Of a stretch of 64,000 nt of DNA, positions 54,070 through 64,000 are shown one piece after another; the first letter of the stretch is position 1, and each line of letters begins with the position of its first letter. The stretch is from an uncultured Prevotellaceae bacterium (GTDB lineage Bacteria; Bacteroidota; Bacteroidia; Bacteroidales; Bacteroidaceae), in assembly GCA_946626595.1 (NCBI GenBank), contig CAMOUQ010000001.1, positions 65,846-129,845 of the forward strand, in the 5' to 3' direction. Made by a program: the position numbers and the translations under genes. Under the pieces are notes generated by a model. That model searched no databases. It saw only the letters and a program-made list of their open reading frames with translations, and had not been told where the DNA came from.

Positions 54070-54702
54070 CTACTCCCTTATGAACTCCGTCCCTGTCCAT
54101 CGATAGCGCAGCGAACGGACATATCTATGGGCTAATTTCTTCTCCTCGGCCTCCAATTCGTCCAAGGCTATGCTCAGTGTGAACAGTGGCTCCGAAGGAC
54201 TGACTGCGACCTCTATCAATCGCATATCATCGACCGAGCGCTGGGCGAAATCCATCTCGCGTGCCACGCTGTCTGCCGGTTGTGCAAAGAAATCGTGCAC
54301 CGAAGCGGTGGGCAGTTCCAACCAATACAACTGCTGCCACTGGGTGTTGAAGAAGCGGATGCGACTGTCTTTGGCCGGAGCCGAGACGGTTTGTATGAGA
54401 GCTACGACCTGCATGCTGTCGTCGGTCTGCAGCAATTTCATTTCGGCAGTGCTGGCCTTGGAGAGAGTGAGGTGGATATAGGAGTCGGTCAGTGTGTCAA
54501 GCCGTGCATAGTCGTTCAGCTGGTTGCGCACCTTGGCCTCCATGTGATTGTTATAGAAGTCTATCATATCGTGCCGGTTCTTCTCCGTCAGCAAGGGGAA
54601 AAGGCTGTCGGGCATTGCCATGAAGACATTCGTGATGCTTTCGCAATGGACATAGATACATTGCGTGAAGGCAAAAATGAGGAAAACGACTAACTTCTTC
54701 AT
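54070..54702 (-). CDS. secreted hypothetical protein (DUF3256-like)
   Basis: Signal peptide MKKLVVFLIFAFTQCIYVHC. The family assignment is from memory of the MPDSLFPLLT...DFY pattern. The track start at 54705 is a TTG; the ATG at 54702 is used here. Confidence 0.6.
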   Translation of the reverse strand: MKKLVVFLIFAFTQCIYVHCESITNVFMAMPDSLFPLLTEKNRHDMIDFYNNHMEAKVRNQLNDYARLDTLTDSYIHLTLSKASTAEMKLLQTDDSMQVVALIQTVSAPAKDSRIRFFNTQWQQLYWLELPTASVHDFFAQPADSVAREMDFAQRSVDDMRLIEVAVSPSEPLFTLSIALDELEAEEKKLAHRYVRSLRYRWTGTEFIRE

Positions 54703-54710
54703 CAAACTCC

Positions 54711-54745
54711 TAATTCTTAATTCTTAACTCTTCATTCTTAATTTG
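54711..54745. repeat. 7-bp tandem repeat x5 (TAATTCT family) at the EamA-DUF3256 junction
   Basis: taattct taattct taactct tcattct taatttg. It contains the EamA stop codon (54738-54740). Confidence 0.85.
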
Positions 54746-55622
54746 TCCCCAGATACAAGAATATCATACCCAGAAGGACGAGTGCCAGGTCGACGGCCTT
54801 GGAACGCAGATTCTTTTCGTGGAAGACAAGAGCCCCCACCGAGAAACTGACAAGTACACTGCCCCGACGCACCATACTGACCACACTGATCATTGCCCCA
54901 GGCAAACTGAGGGAATAGAAATAGGCAAAGTCGGCCGCCGAGAGGAATACGCTGACGAGGATAATCCATCCAAAGCCCTCTTTCTGGAGGATAGGACGGT
55001 CCTTGGCATGCATCTTACACAGGATGAAGCCCATCAGAAGGCACTGGTAGAAATTATAGTAGCTCTGCACCGTCATTCGGTTGAGCCCCACGCCGCCATC
55101 GTCGACAGACGCCATCAGGTACTTGTCATAGAGACCGCTCAGGGCGCCGAACACAGAGGCCAGGACCGTGAGCAGAATCCAACGGTTGTGACGGAAGTCG
55201 ATGCCCTCCTTCTTGCCACTGCGACTGAGCATGTAGAAACTCAGGATAGCCAGCAATACACCCACCCATTGGTAGAGATTGAGCCGCTCGCCAAAGAGCA
55301 GCAGGGCTCCCAAAAGTACCATGACCGGACGCGTGGCATTGATGGGACCGACTACGGTCAGAGGCAGATACTTCATGCCATAGTAGCCACACAGCCACGA
55401 AGCCAGCACTATCAGACTCTTCAGCACGATGTATCTTTGCACTTCCCATCCGCCGAAGGGAACATCGGGGCGCAATGCCACGGGAAGGAAAATGAGGGAG
55501 CAGAACAAGGTGTTGAGGAAGAGTACGGGCAAGACGGGATTGCTACGCAACGCCTTCTTTTTGCAGACATCGTAGAAGCCAAGCAAAGTGGCACTGAGGA
55601 AAGCGAGCAAGAGCCACATCAT
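54738..55622 (-). CDS. EamA/DMT-family transporter
   Basis: 294 aa with about 10 TM helices in two EamA-like halves. The start ATG overlaps the truA stop (ATGA). Confidence 0.82.
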   Translation of the reverse strand: MMWLLLAFLSATLLGFYDVCKKKALRSNPVLPVLFLNTLFCSLIFLPVALRPDVPFGGWEVQRYIVLKSLIVLASWLCGYYGMKYLPLTVVGPINATRPVMVLLGALLLFGERLNLYQWVGVLLAILSFYMLSRSGKKEGIDFRHNRWILLTVLASVFGALSGLYDKYLMASVDDGGVGLNRMTVQSYYNFYQCLLMGFILCKMHAKDRPILQKEGFGWIILVSVFLSAADFAYFYSLSLPGAMISVVSMVRRGSVLVSFSVGALVFHEKNLRSKAVDLALVLLGMIFLYLGTN

Positions 55623-56404
55623 AGCACGCCCTCCTTATCATCATTAGGGGCCTTAGGGGTCCTAAGTGCTTTAAGGTCATAGCTGACATTGGTGAGGAAA
55701 AGGGCGTGGCCCGGCACACTCTCGCCGGCCGAGCAACGGTTTTTCTGCTCAATGACTTGGCAGAAGTCATCTACCGTCATACGTCCACGGCCAACCTCCA
55801 CCAGCGTACCCACGATGGCGCGCACCATATTCCGAAGGAAGCGGTTGGCCGTGATGGTGAATACCCAGGAGCCCTCCTCCACTTGCCGCCAATGAGCCTC
55901 GGTGATGTGGCAGAGGTTCGTCTTGGTGTCCGTATCTACCTTGCTGAAACTGGTGAAGTCCTCATACTGCAGCAGACGGTTGGCGGCCTCATTCATACGG
56001 TCGAAATCGAGGGGAAAGGTGACCTGCCAGCTATAGTGGCGCTGGAAGGGCGATTTCGACGTATGTATGTGGTATTGGTATGTGCGCGAGGTGGCCGAAA
56101 AGCGTGCGTGCATATCGTCCTCCACAGGCCAGATGCGCTGCACGGCGATATCGTGAGGCAGGAGTTTGTTGCTCTTATACACGAGCTGCGCACAATCCAG
56201 TTCCACGGAAGTATCCATGTGCGCCACCATCATGCGAGCATGCACTCCGGCATCCGTTCGTCCGGCTCCCACCACCTCCGTCGGTTGGCGCAGCAATGTG
56301 GAGAGGGCCTTCTGCAAGGTCTCCTGCACACTCGCACCATTGGGCTGTATCTGCCAACCATGATAGGCGGTGCCGTCGAACGATAATTGGATGAAATAGC
56401 GCAC
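55619..56404 (-). CDS. truA: tRNA pseudouridine(38-40) synthase TruA
   Basis: Motifs: [18 protein letters not shown] and [11 protein letters not shown] (catalytic Asp). GTG start. Confidence 0.93.
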   Translation of the reverse strand: MRYFIQLSFDGTAYHGWQIQPNGASVQETLQKALSTLLRQPTEVVGAGRTDAGVHARMMVAHMDTSVELDCAQLVYKSNKLLPHDIAVQRIWPVEDDMHARFSATSRTYQYHIHTSKSPFQRHYSWQVTFPLDFDRMNEAANRLLQYEDFTSFSKVDTDTKTNLCHITEAHWRQVEEGSWVFTITANRFLRNMVRAIVGTLVEVGRGRMTVDDFCQVIEQKNRCSAGESVPGHALFLTNVSYDLKALRTPKAPNDDKEGVL

Positions 56405-56431
56405 TATGAATACCGTATTGCACTCCGTGGC

Positions 56432-58135
56432 CTATGCGGCACACAGAAGTAATATTATCAACTGTGCCGTCAGTATGCGCAGGAACATGCTCAGGGGATA
56501 AACCGTAGAATAGCCCACGGCGGGAGCATCGTTGTTGGCTGTCTGAGTGGCATAGGCCAGTGCTGGCGGATCAGTGGTACTACCGGCAATGAGGCCCATC
56601 AGTGTGAAATAGTTCAACTTAAAGCGCAGACGGGCAACGACACCGACAATCAGGATGGGCAACGTGGTGATGAGGAAGCCACACCATACGTAGGTAAGTC
56701 CGTCACCTGCCACCACTGTATCCCAGAACGAGGCTCCGGCCTTGATGCCAACGCTGGCCAGGAAGAGCACGAGACCTATCTCGCGCAACATCAGGTTGGC
56801 ACTGGTGGTGGTGTAGGTCACCAGGTGCGCACGATAGCCGAATCGGCCAACCAGGATGGCAACAATCAGTGGACCGCCAGCCAGACCGAGTTTGACGGGC
56901 GTCGGAATGCCCGGGATGACTATGGGCATCATACCGAAGATGATACCGACCAATATGCCGACAAAGATGGTAGAGAGGTTGGGATGGTCGAGGTGCTTCA
57001 CGGAGTTACCCATCATGGCTGCCACGCGGTCTACGGCGTCCTCGGGACCCACGACGACAATTTTATCGCCTACCTGCATACGGAGGTTGCGGTCGGCATA
57101 GAGATTCATGCCGTTGCGGCGGATGCGGGTAACGTTGACACCATACACACTGCTGAAGTGCAGCGAGCCAAACGTCTTACCATTCATCTTGGGCTGCGTC
57201 ACCAGGATGTGCTTCGACACCATCGGCGTGTCCTGTTCTTCCCATTCCACCTCGCAGGGTTCGCCGATGAAAGCCGTAATGGCCTCGGCAGCGTCCTCGG
57301 CACAGACCACGAACATGCGGTCGTTGTAGTGCAGTACGGTGTCGCGGTTGGGGATGCTGACATGGCCGTCGTGCAGGATGCGCGAAACCACGAAGTCGCG
57401 CCCCATGAACTGGCTCACCTGCAACAGCGTGCGGCCCTCGATGGCGTGATTTCTTATCTCGAGCGTCATCTTATGGGGCTTGGCATGGGGGTTCTCGCTA
57501 CGTTCCTCCTCTAATTGGTCCTGTTCCTTCTGCAGCTTGACTCCGCATATCAGACGGATGGCGATAGTCGCCAAGATGATGCCCACAACACCCAAGGGAT
57601 AGGCGCAGGCATAGCCGTTGGCAATCGGGGGCGCACCAGCTCCGAAGATGGTGGAGCAGGCTTCGTTGGCAGCACCCAGACCGGGCGTATTGGTGATGGC
57701 ACCACACAAGACGCCCACCATCATGGCCAAATCCCGGGCCGTATCGCCAACAATGGGACCACCCTTGTAGAAGACAAGGAAGTAAAGGCCGATGCAACAG
57801 GCCACATTCAACAAGATAATGGCCACGGCCATCAGGTTCATCTTGATGCCTGCATCGCGGAGACTCTCAAAGAAGCCCGGACCGACCTGCAGTCCGATGC
57901 AGTAGACAAACAGGATGAGTCCGAAATCCTGGATGTACGTAAGGACATTCGTCGTGCCGGTCAGTCCCAGATGCCCGGCAAGGATGCCGGCAAAAAGGAC
58001 AAACGTCACGCCTAACGAAATACCGAAAATTTTGATTCGCCCTAAGGCGATTCCCACCGAAATGACCAAGGCATAGAGCAGAACAATGTGCGCTATCGAG
58101 TCGGTCTCGGTGAAAAGATTAATTAACCAATCCAT
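56432..58135 (-). CDS. YidE/YbjL-type (AAE family) transporter with two central RCK_C/TrkA_C domains
   Basis: 567 aa. Two multi-TM halves flank soluble repeats ([16 protein letters not shown]... and [14 protein letters not shown]...GDKIVVVG). Confidence 0.86.
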   Translation of the reverse strand: MDWLINLFTETDSIAHIVLLYALVISVGIALGRIKIFGISLGVTFVLFAGILAGHLGLTGTTNVLTYIQDFGLILFVYCIGLQVGPGFFESLRDAGIKMNLMAVAIILLNVACCIGLYFLVFYKGGPIVGDTARDLAMMVGVLCGAITNTPGLGAANEACSTIFGAGAPPIANGYACAYPLGVVGIILATIAIRLICGVKLQKEQDQLEEERSENPHAKPHKMTLEIRNHAIEGRTLLQVSQFMGRDFVVSRILHDGHVSIPNRDTVLHYNDRMFVVCAEDAAEAITAFIGEPCEVEWEEQDTPMVSKHILVTQPKMNGKTFGSLHFSSVYGVNVTRIRRNGMNLYADRNLRMQVGDKIVVVGPEDAVDRVAAMMGNSVKHLDHPNLSTIFVGILVGIIFGMMPIVIPGIPTPVKLGLAGGPLIVAILVGRFGYRAHLVTYTTTSANLMLREIGLVLFLASVGIKAGASFWDTVVAGDGLTYVWCGFLITTLPILIVGVVARLRFKLNYFTLMGLIAGSTTDPPALAYATQTANNDAPAVGYSTVYPLSMFLRILTAQLIILLLCAA

Positions 58136-58221
58136 ACTGTTCTTATTTACCTTTTATATAATTTGCGGTGCAAAGGTACGGAATAATTATGATAAATTAA
58201 GCCTAATTGCTTTTTTTTAAT

Positions 58222-58229
58222 TAACTTTG
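58222..58229 (+). promoter_or_regulatory. -7 promoter box TAACTTTG
   Basis: Matches TAnnTTTG, 22 nt before the ATG at 58252. Confidence 0.45.
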
Positions 58230-58251
58230 CCTGCAACTAACTGACAAAACG

Positions 58252-61200
58252 ATGAAAAAACTTATCTTTTTCCTTATGTTGTGCCTGGCTATGCCCGGAA
58301 TGGCCCAGCGCTTGCAGCAACGATTGGGACGCGGAGTAGTAGCCGCACAGAATGGAACAAGCGTTACCGTAACATGGCGACGGCTGGCTCAGGAGCCCGA
58401 GGATGTGCAGTACAAGGTCTACGTGAACGGAACCCTTGCCGCCACAACCAAGAACACATATTGGAAGACCACCACGGGCAAAGTGCCCAAGGGAGCCAAG
58501 GTGACAGTAACCACCATTGATGCTAAAGGAAATGAATCGGCCCAGAGTGCGCCCTATGAAATGAAGTCGTACGACATGCGCAACATGTTCATGAGCATAA
58601 ACTTCGAAGCGGGAGGCTCGCCACTGAAATCGGCCGATTTTAACACTGCATACGTTTGGCCTATCGACCTGGACGGTGACGGCGAGATGGACTATGCCGT
58701 GAACCGAAAGTCGAATGCCAATGCCTTGGATTGCTATGTCGAGGGTTATCTGCGCACGGGGCAGCACTTGTGGACCGTGAAGTTGGGGCCCAACGAACTT
58801 TCTTGCGCCGGGCAGGACGACATGATAACGGCCGTTGACATGGACTGTGACGGCCTGGGCGATGTGGTCATTCAGTCTTCGGACGGCACCCAGTTCTGGG
58901 ACCCTGACAAAAAGGCGTTCGGCCTCTATGTCAACGGAAGCACCTCGCCCGATACCGACGGCGACGGCATTGTCGACTACGAAACACAAAACCAGAGAAA
59001 CGCTCCGCGATACATCTCCGTCATCGACGGCATGACCGGACGCGAGAAGGCAAGCGTGGAACAAACCTACAACACACACTACAACCGCACCAATCGGGCC
59101 TCACTGATGGGCGACGAATACAACAAACATGTTGGGCACATGGGGGCATTCTACCCGGATGGCATTCATCCTGCCATCGTGATGGAGTGGCACATGCGCG
59201 GCAGCGGTGGCGACCACCACTACTATAATTTAGGTGTAGGCTACGACTTTTCCGACGGCAAGGCCGGACAACTGAAGGTGCTGTTCAACGAGCCTACGGG
59301 TGCACCTGCCTTCCATCAGATTCGCATCGGCGACATGGACGGCGACGGTTGCGACGAAATGATTGTGGGCGGATATACGATGGACAACACGGGTAAGGTT
59401 CTCTTCAACACGGGCATCTCACACGGCGACCGCTTCCGCACATCCGACATCGACCCCGAACGGCCAGGCCTGGAAACCTTTGCCGTACAACAATATGCAG
59501 GCGACATGCTTGGACAGGTTCTCTACGACTCGCGGACAGGTGAGTTCATCAAGAAATGGTATCTCTCAGCCGTCGGCGACATTGGCCGTGGAGAATGTAT
59601 GGACATCGACAAAAACCATCTGGGCTGGGAAATGTGGTCAACGATGGACGACAAGGTTTACGATGCACAAGGCAACCTCATCACCGAATACAAGAACCAA
59701 TACCCATGTGAGGGACTGTGGTGGGACAATGAACCGGATCGCGAAGTGGTCCAGACCAGCGACAGTCACTACAATGTCTATGTCCAGGACTTCTTCAAGG
59801 GACGCCTCGTGGAGTTTGCCAAAATCAGCAACTGGCGCTACACTACGGTCTATGCCAAACGTGCAGCGTTCTGGGGCGACATCATCGGAGACTGGCGCGA
59901 GGAGTTGGTGCTACTGCATAAGGAGAATGGTGTCATCGTAGGCATCGTAGGCGTTACCACCGATTATGTATCGGACCAGAACAACATATACTGCCTGCAA
60001 GAGGACCCGCACTATCGTGGCGACTGTTCCACAAAGGGATATTACCAAAGTCCTAATCCGGGGTTCTACCTGGGTTTTGACATGCCACGCCCCCAACTTC
60101 CGCCCACCATGGTCACCGACCTCGTGGCCACCTCCGACAGAAAGTATTCCGTTTTCGACCGCTCGGCCCAGGCCACATACGCCGACGGCAAGAGTCTCCT
60201 CTTCGACCTCACGTTCAGTGGTTCCCACTTTAGTGTAGACCGTCCCATGGCTCCCTCCGTGGTCTATGCCATGCCTGTGCGCGGCCAGTCGATAACCCTC
60301 GACGGCGAGGGCGGATTGCAGGGCGACATGCCGCTCTGGAAGGGGCAGCAGGGACGTTTCATCGTAAATACGCCATTGCGCCACACAGGCAGAACCTTCA
60401 TTTCCGAGGGTATATTGGAAATAAACGGCAGCATAGCCGGCGACATCGACCTGCGTGCCCGCGGTACGTTGGCAGGAAATGCCACCGTCGAAGGCAACCT
60501 CACTTTGGAGGGAGCACTAAACTACGAAGGCGGCCGACTGATGCCAGGAACGGGCACAAACGAACTGGGTGTCATTACGCTCAAGAACGGACTGACCATT
60601 GACAAACGTATGTTTGCCGAGATGGACATTCACACCGATTTCTCTGCCGACCTCATCCACATAGACGGAAATCTGACATTGGCAAGGGGCGGAAGTCTGG
60701 TATTTACTATCGTTCCCAATACTGAAAAACCAGCCGCAGGCCTATATAAGTTGATAGAATACACGGGCGAATTCACTGGAAACCTCGACCTCATCAGCGT
60801 TCGTGGTTTGCAGGGACTGAAATATAGTGTCAAGAACGAGGACAAAGCTTTGTGGCTCGTCATCACGGAACAGCGTGAAGCTTCCACTAACGTACGATGG
60901 ACTGGGGCCGAATCCAGCGAATGGAACTATCAGGACGAGAACTTCTTGTTGGAAGGTGCCCCCACCGAATTTGTGGCTGGCGACCAGATTATCATAGACG
61001 ACGAGGCCGTCAAGACCAGCATTCGGGTGGATGAACTGATGCCCATATCGAAGGTAAACTTCCAGAACGAAACGAAAGCCATCACCATCATTGGCGATGG
61101 TGGTTTCTCTGGTGAAGGCGATGTGGTTAAGAGCGGAGAAGGATGGTTGACACTGAACATCACGAAGAGCAACTACAAGGGGGCTACTATCATCAATAGT

Positions 61201-62625
61201 GGCACCGTAACTGTCGCTGACCTGGCCGACGGAGGACTGCCCAGCAGCATTGGTGCAGCTTCGGCAGATGCCAAGAACTGGCAGATGGGCAAGGCTACGC
61301 TCGTCGTAAACAATACAAACTCAGCTACCAACCGCGGACTGACATTAAATGATACAGCCACCATACAAATACCCAACGGCGTGACAGCGTTGAAGGGTAT
61401 CGTGAAAGGAACAGGCACCCTGAAGAAAACGGGGAACGGACAGCTGAACCTCACTTATGACGGTACAAATACGTACAAGAGCACCATTCTGCAGGCGGGT
61501 ACGCTTGCCATGGGCACATGGCGGTCCACCTTCGGTTCGGCTACATCAGACCTCACAGTCACCGGAAATAGTGCCATCACTATTTTTAATAATAATAGCA
61601 CCGGCAGTGTACCCACATTCCAGAACAAACTGACAATCGAAGAGGGCAAGACACTGACCATGAATACCGGACAGCGCTGCAAGATTCAAGGTACACTTCT
61701 GGGTCAAGGAACGATGAACATCAGTTTCCCGTATGTGCATGGTGACTTCGGCATGAAGACATCGGCCTTCGAAGGTACACTGAATGTCACCTCCGGCCAG
61801 TTCCGCATCACATCGGCCATGGACCTCGCGAAGGGTACCATGAAAGTGGGGGCAGGTGTCTACGTGGTTCACGTCCAGAGTCAAAGCAGCAACGAGACCA
61901 ACCTCACGTCGAAGATTGGTGCCCTGCAAGGCACTGCCACCGATGCGTCTTTCGGCACAGGTACATGGAACGTTGGCTACCTGGGAACGAACACAAGTTT
62001 TGCCGGCAAGTTTGGTTCATCCGCCACACTGAACAAGTACGGCGACGGCATCCTCACCCTTACCGGACAAAACGATAACCAAGCCACCGTTTATCAGGGT
62101 ACACTGAACGTGACAGGGCAGTTGGCATCCGTAGTCGTAAACTCGGGAGCTACGCTGTCGGCCTCAAAGTCTGCCAGCGCCGTAGGCACGGCCACCCTCA
62201 CGGGCACGCTGCAGGTGAAGGCTGGCGGACGACTCCTCGTCAATGCCCGCAGTACGAACAGCGTCGATCAGTTCAAGGCAGCAGGCAGAATCACCCTGAC
62301 CAGTCCTGTTTTCGTCATGCAGCGCCTCAGCGGTGATTGGAAACCAGAGGTGGACTATAAGATATTCACAGGCGCGGGCAGTATTGTCCTCTCGGGCACC
62401 CCAGCCTTTGAACCTGCCATCCCCATGCCAGGCTACAAGTGGGACTACAGTCAGCTGGTCTCCGACGGTATTCTGCGCATTGTAGAGGATCCCGACGGCA
62501 TAGGCAACATCTACCGCGAGCCGTTCATTCCCAAGGATGACATTTACGACCTGGACGGACGCCCTGCCAGCAAGAACCACAAGGGCATCCACATCACCAA
62601 CGGCAAAAAGACGCTGAAGAAATAA
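58252..62625 (+). CDS. PL11-type rhamnogalacturonan lyase fused to autotransporter-like beta-strand repeats and a T9SS tail
   Basis: PL11 start: LGRGVVAAQNGTSVTVTWRRL. Ca-binding propeller loops: DLDGDGEMDY, DMDCDGLGDV, DTDGDGIVDY and DMDGDGCDEM. Beta-helix repeats: GEGWLTLN...GATIINSGTVTV and GTGTLKKTGNGQLNLT...ILQAGTLAMG. Tail: IYDLDGRPASKNHKGIHITNGKKTLKK. Confidence 0.8.
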   Translation: MKKLIFFLMLCLAMPGMAQRLQQRLGRGVVAAQNGTSVTVTWRRLAQEPEDVQYKVYVNGTLAATTKNTYWKTTTGKVPKGAKVTVTTIDAKGNESAQSAPYEMKSYDMRNMFMSINFEAGGSPLKSADFNTAYVWPIDLDGDGEMDYAVNRKSNANALDCYVEGYLRTGQHLWTVKLGPNELSCAGQDDMITAVDMDCDGLGDVVIQSSDGTQFWDPDKKAFGLYVNGSTSPDTDGDGIVDYETQNQRNAPRYISVIDGMTGREKASVEQTYNTHYNRTNRASLMGDEYNKHVGHMGAFYPDGIHPAIVMEWHMRGSGGDHHYYNLGVGYDFSDGKAGQLKVLFNEPTGAPAFHQIRIGDMDGDGCDEMIVGGYTMDNTGKVLFNTGISHGDRFRTSDIDPERPGLETFAVQQYAGDMLGQVLYDSRTGEFIKKWYLSAVGDIGRGECMDIDKNHLGWEMWSTMDDKVYDAQGNLITEYKNQYPCEGLWWDNEPDREVVQTSDSHYNVYVQDFFKGRLVEFAKISNWRYTTVYAKRAAFWGDIIGDWREELVLLHKENGVIVGIVGVTTDYVSDQNNIYCLQEDPHYRGDCSTKGYYQSPNPGFYLGFDMPRPQLPPTMVTDLVATSDRKYSVFDRSAQATYADGKSLLFDLTFSGSHFSVDRPMAPSVVYAMPVRGQSITLDGEGGLQGDMPLWKGQQGRFIVNTPLRHTGRTFISEGILEINGSIAGDIDLRARGTLAGNATVEGNLTLEGALNYEGGRLMPGTGTNELGVITLKNGLTIDKRMFAEMDIHTDFSADLIHIDGNLTLARGGSLVFTIVPNTEKPAAGLYKLIEYTGEFTGNLDLISVRGLQGLKYSVKNEDKALWLVITEQREASTNVRWTGAESSEWNYQDENFLLEGAPTEFVAGDQIIIDDEAVKTSIRVDELMPISKVNFQNETKAITIIGDGGFSGEGDVVKSGEGWLTLNITKSNYKGATIINSGTVTVADLADGGLPSSIGAASADAKNWQMGKATLVVNNTNSATNRGLTLNDTATIQIPNGVTALKGIVKGTGTLKKTGNGQLNLTYDGTNTYKSTILQAGTLAMGTWRSTFGSATSDLTVTGNSAITIFNNNSTGSVPTFQNKLTIEEGKTLTMNTGQRCKIQGTLLGQGTMNISFPYVHGDFGMKTSAFEGTLNVTSGQFRITSAMDLAKGTMKVGAGVYVVHVQSQSSNETNLTSKIGALQGTATDASFGTGTWNVGYLGTNTSFAGKFGSSATLNKYGDGILTLTGQNDNQATVYQGTLNVTGQLASVVVNSGATLSASKSASAVGTATLTGTLQVKAGGRLLVNARSTNSVDQFKAAGRITLTSPVFVMQRLSGDWKPEVDYKIFTGAGSIVLSGTPAFEPAIPMPGYKWDYSQLVSDGILRIVEDPDGIGNIYREPFIPKDDIYDLDGRPASKNHKGIHITNGKKTLKK

Positions 62626-62631
62626 AAAAAG

Positions 62632-62668
62632 TCCCCCGACTGCACAACTGCGGTCGGGGGATTTTTTG
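62632..62668. terminator. bidirectional rho-independent terminator
   Basis: Stem tcccccgac / gtcggggga with a 12-nt loop, flanked by A7 and T6. Confidence 0.85.
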
Positions 62669-62683
62669 TTTTATCCTGTCTCC

Positions 62684-63838
62684 TTAGAGAATCTGCTTGT
62701 ACAAAGCTACAATGTCCTCACGTGTCACTTCACGCGGATTGCCTGGTGTGCAAACGTCGCGGATGGCTTGGTCGGCCAGTGCATCGATATCCTTCTCTGT
62801 GATGCCCAGCTCGGAGAGCCGTTTGTTAGTGCCGACGCGAGCGCTCAGTTCCTCGATGGCCTTGCAGGCGGCCTCAGCTGCCTGTTCGGTGGTCATGCCC
62901 AACTGGTAGACGCCGCAAGCTTTGGCTATGTCTACGTACTTATCTAAAGCCGCAGGCATATTGAAGCGCATCACCGTGGGCAGCAACATGGCGCAGGCCA
63001 CGCCATGAGGCACATCGAAGAGGGCCGAGAGGGGATGGGCCATACCATGGTCAACACCCAGGCCAACATTCGAGAAGGCCATACCGGCCACGTACTGGGC
63101 CACAGCCATGCCGTCGCGTCCCTTCGGGTTGGTGGGTTCATCAACGGCCAGGGGCAGATACTTGTATATCATCTCGATAGCCTTAATTTCGAACATATCG
63201 GAGAGTTCCCACGAAGCCTTCGTAATGAGTCCCTCGATGGCATGCGTCATGGCATCCATGCCCGTTGCTGCGGTCAAGGATTTGGGCAGCGAATACATCA
63301 GTTCGGCATCGATGATGGCCACGCAGGGGATGTCATTGGGGTCGACGCAGACCATCTTGGCCTGGCGCGTCTCGTCGATAATGACATAGTTGATGGTGGT
63401 CTCGGCAGCCGTACCGGCTGTGGTGGGTAGGGCGATGATGGGCAGCGACTTATGCTTTGTGTCGGCCACGCCCTCCAGCGAAACGATGTCGGAGAACTCG
63501 GGATTGTTGACCACGATACCAATGCCTTTGGCGGTGTCCATGCTTGAGCCGCCACCGATAGCCACGATGAAGTCAGCGCCAGCCTGTTTGCAAGCCTCGA
63601 TGCCGTTCTTCACGTTTGTCACCGTGGGGTTGGGTTTAACGTCGTCAAACACTTCGTATTGTATGCCGGCCTCGTCCATCACGTCAAGAACCATTTTGGC
63701 CACGCCGAACTTCATGAGACCTTTGTCGGTCACTACGAGTGCTTTCTTAAAGCCCAGACGGGCTACTACTCCGGGCAACTCCTTACGAGCACCCGGTCCG
63801 AAGTACGAAACTTCGTTCAAGATAAATCTATTTGCCAT
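62684..63838 (-). CDS. fucO: lactaldehyde reductase / L-1,2-propanediol oxidoreductase (Fe-dependent ADH)
   Basis: End-to-end resemblance to E. coli FucO as I recall it (MANRxILNE..., GGGSxxDTxK, PTTAGTAAExTINYVI, HGMAHPL, CTxGNPRE). Confidence 0.9.
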   Translation of the reverse strand: MANRFILNEVSYFGPGARKELPGVVARLGFKKALVVTDKGLMKFGVAKMVLDVMDEAGIQYEVFDDVKPNPTVTNVKNGIEACKQAGADFIVAIGGGSSMDTAKGIGIVVNNPEFSDIVSLEGVADTKHKSLPIIALPTTAGTAAETTINYVIIDETRQAKMVCVDPNDIPCVAIIDAELMYSLPKSLTAATGMDAMTHAIEGLITKASWELSDMFEIKAIEMIYKYLPLAVDEPTNPKGRDGMAVAQYVAGMAFSNVGLGVDHGMAHPLSALFDVPHGVACAMLLPTVMRFNMPAALDKYVDIAKACGVYQLGMTTEQAAEAACKAIEELSARVGTNKRLSELGITEKDIDALADQAIRDVCTPGNPREVTREDIVALYKQIL

Positions 63839-63866
63839 TGTATGAGATTATGAGGTTAAAAGTTTT

Positions 63867-64000
63867 TTACTTGATACGTGTGAGTTTGAACTTGGTCTTC
63901 CCGTCCATCTTGCCATAGAGATACTTGCCATCGTCGCTCAGGCGCATAGTATCGACGTCCTCGTCGTCTTTGATGTAGATATATTTGCCACTCACTGTGT
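63867..64000 (-). CDS. hypothetical protein, C-terminal part only (runs off right edge)
   Basis: Own translation of the minus strand: ...TVSGKYIYIKDDEDVDTMRLSDDGKYLYGKMDGKTKFKLTRIK, with stop TAA at 63867-63869. Confidence 0.4.
   Translation of the reverse strand, partial: TVSGKYIYIKDDEDVDTMRLSDDGKYLYGKMDGKTKFKLTRIK

Noticed and set aside
1-64000. Mobile elements, defence systems or prophage content.
   Set aside because: No integrase, transposase, restriction, toxin-antitoxin or phage-like ORFs were recognised. The DUF853 HerA-like ATPase and the secreted NucA-like nuclease are isolated housekeeping-type genes, not a defence operon.

Overview
This is a GC-rich Bacteroidota window with AT-rich junctions. 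T9SS tail sequences and TAnnTTTG promoter boxes suggest Prevotellaceae. No rRNA, tRNA, CRISPR array, transposase or integrase was recognised. Left to right, the content is:
- Minus-strand run (1205-10651): the type IX secretion core operon porP-porK-porL-porM-porN, then a small beta-barrel OMP, then priA.
- HTCS-associated glycan-degradation locus (10894-28427): GPH symporter, GH43, GH5-GH43, hybrid two-component regulator, a 1216-aa orphan surface protein, GH97 and GH43-CBM6. It has no SusC/SusD pair.
- Two giant sialidase proteins (28811-39547), one of which is a 2195-aa GH20-GH33 fusion.
- A redox pair (Tat-signal AKR/Fe-S protein plus FMN-binding protein), followed by TlpA.
- Pectin and rhamnogalacturonan enzymes (GH105-PL10-CE8 fusion, PL11) and esterases, one with a dockerin.
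- Housekeeping genes: rpmE2, truA, fucO, a DUF853 ATPase and transporters.
At least six proteins end in T9SS C-terminal sorting tails.

The most unusual signal is not a gene. It is a family of short tandem repeats sitting exactly at cistron junctions. An 8-nt-period (ATGAGARA)n array occurs twice. Each array forms a chain of overlapping 3-codon mini-ORFs that bridges an upstream stop codon to the next gene's ATG. The same repeat also occurs inside coding sequence, as a signal-peptide core and as a T9SS-tail linker. priA carries in-frame palindromic repeat insertions.
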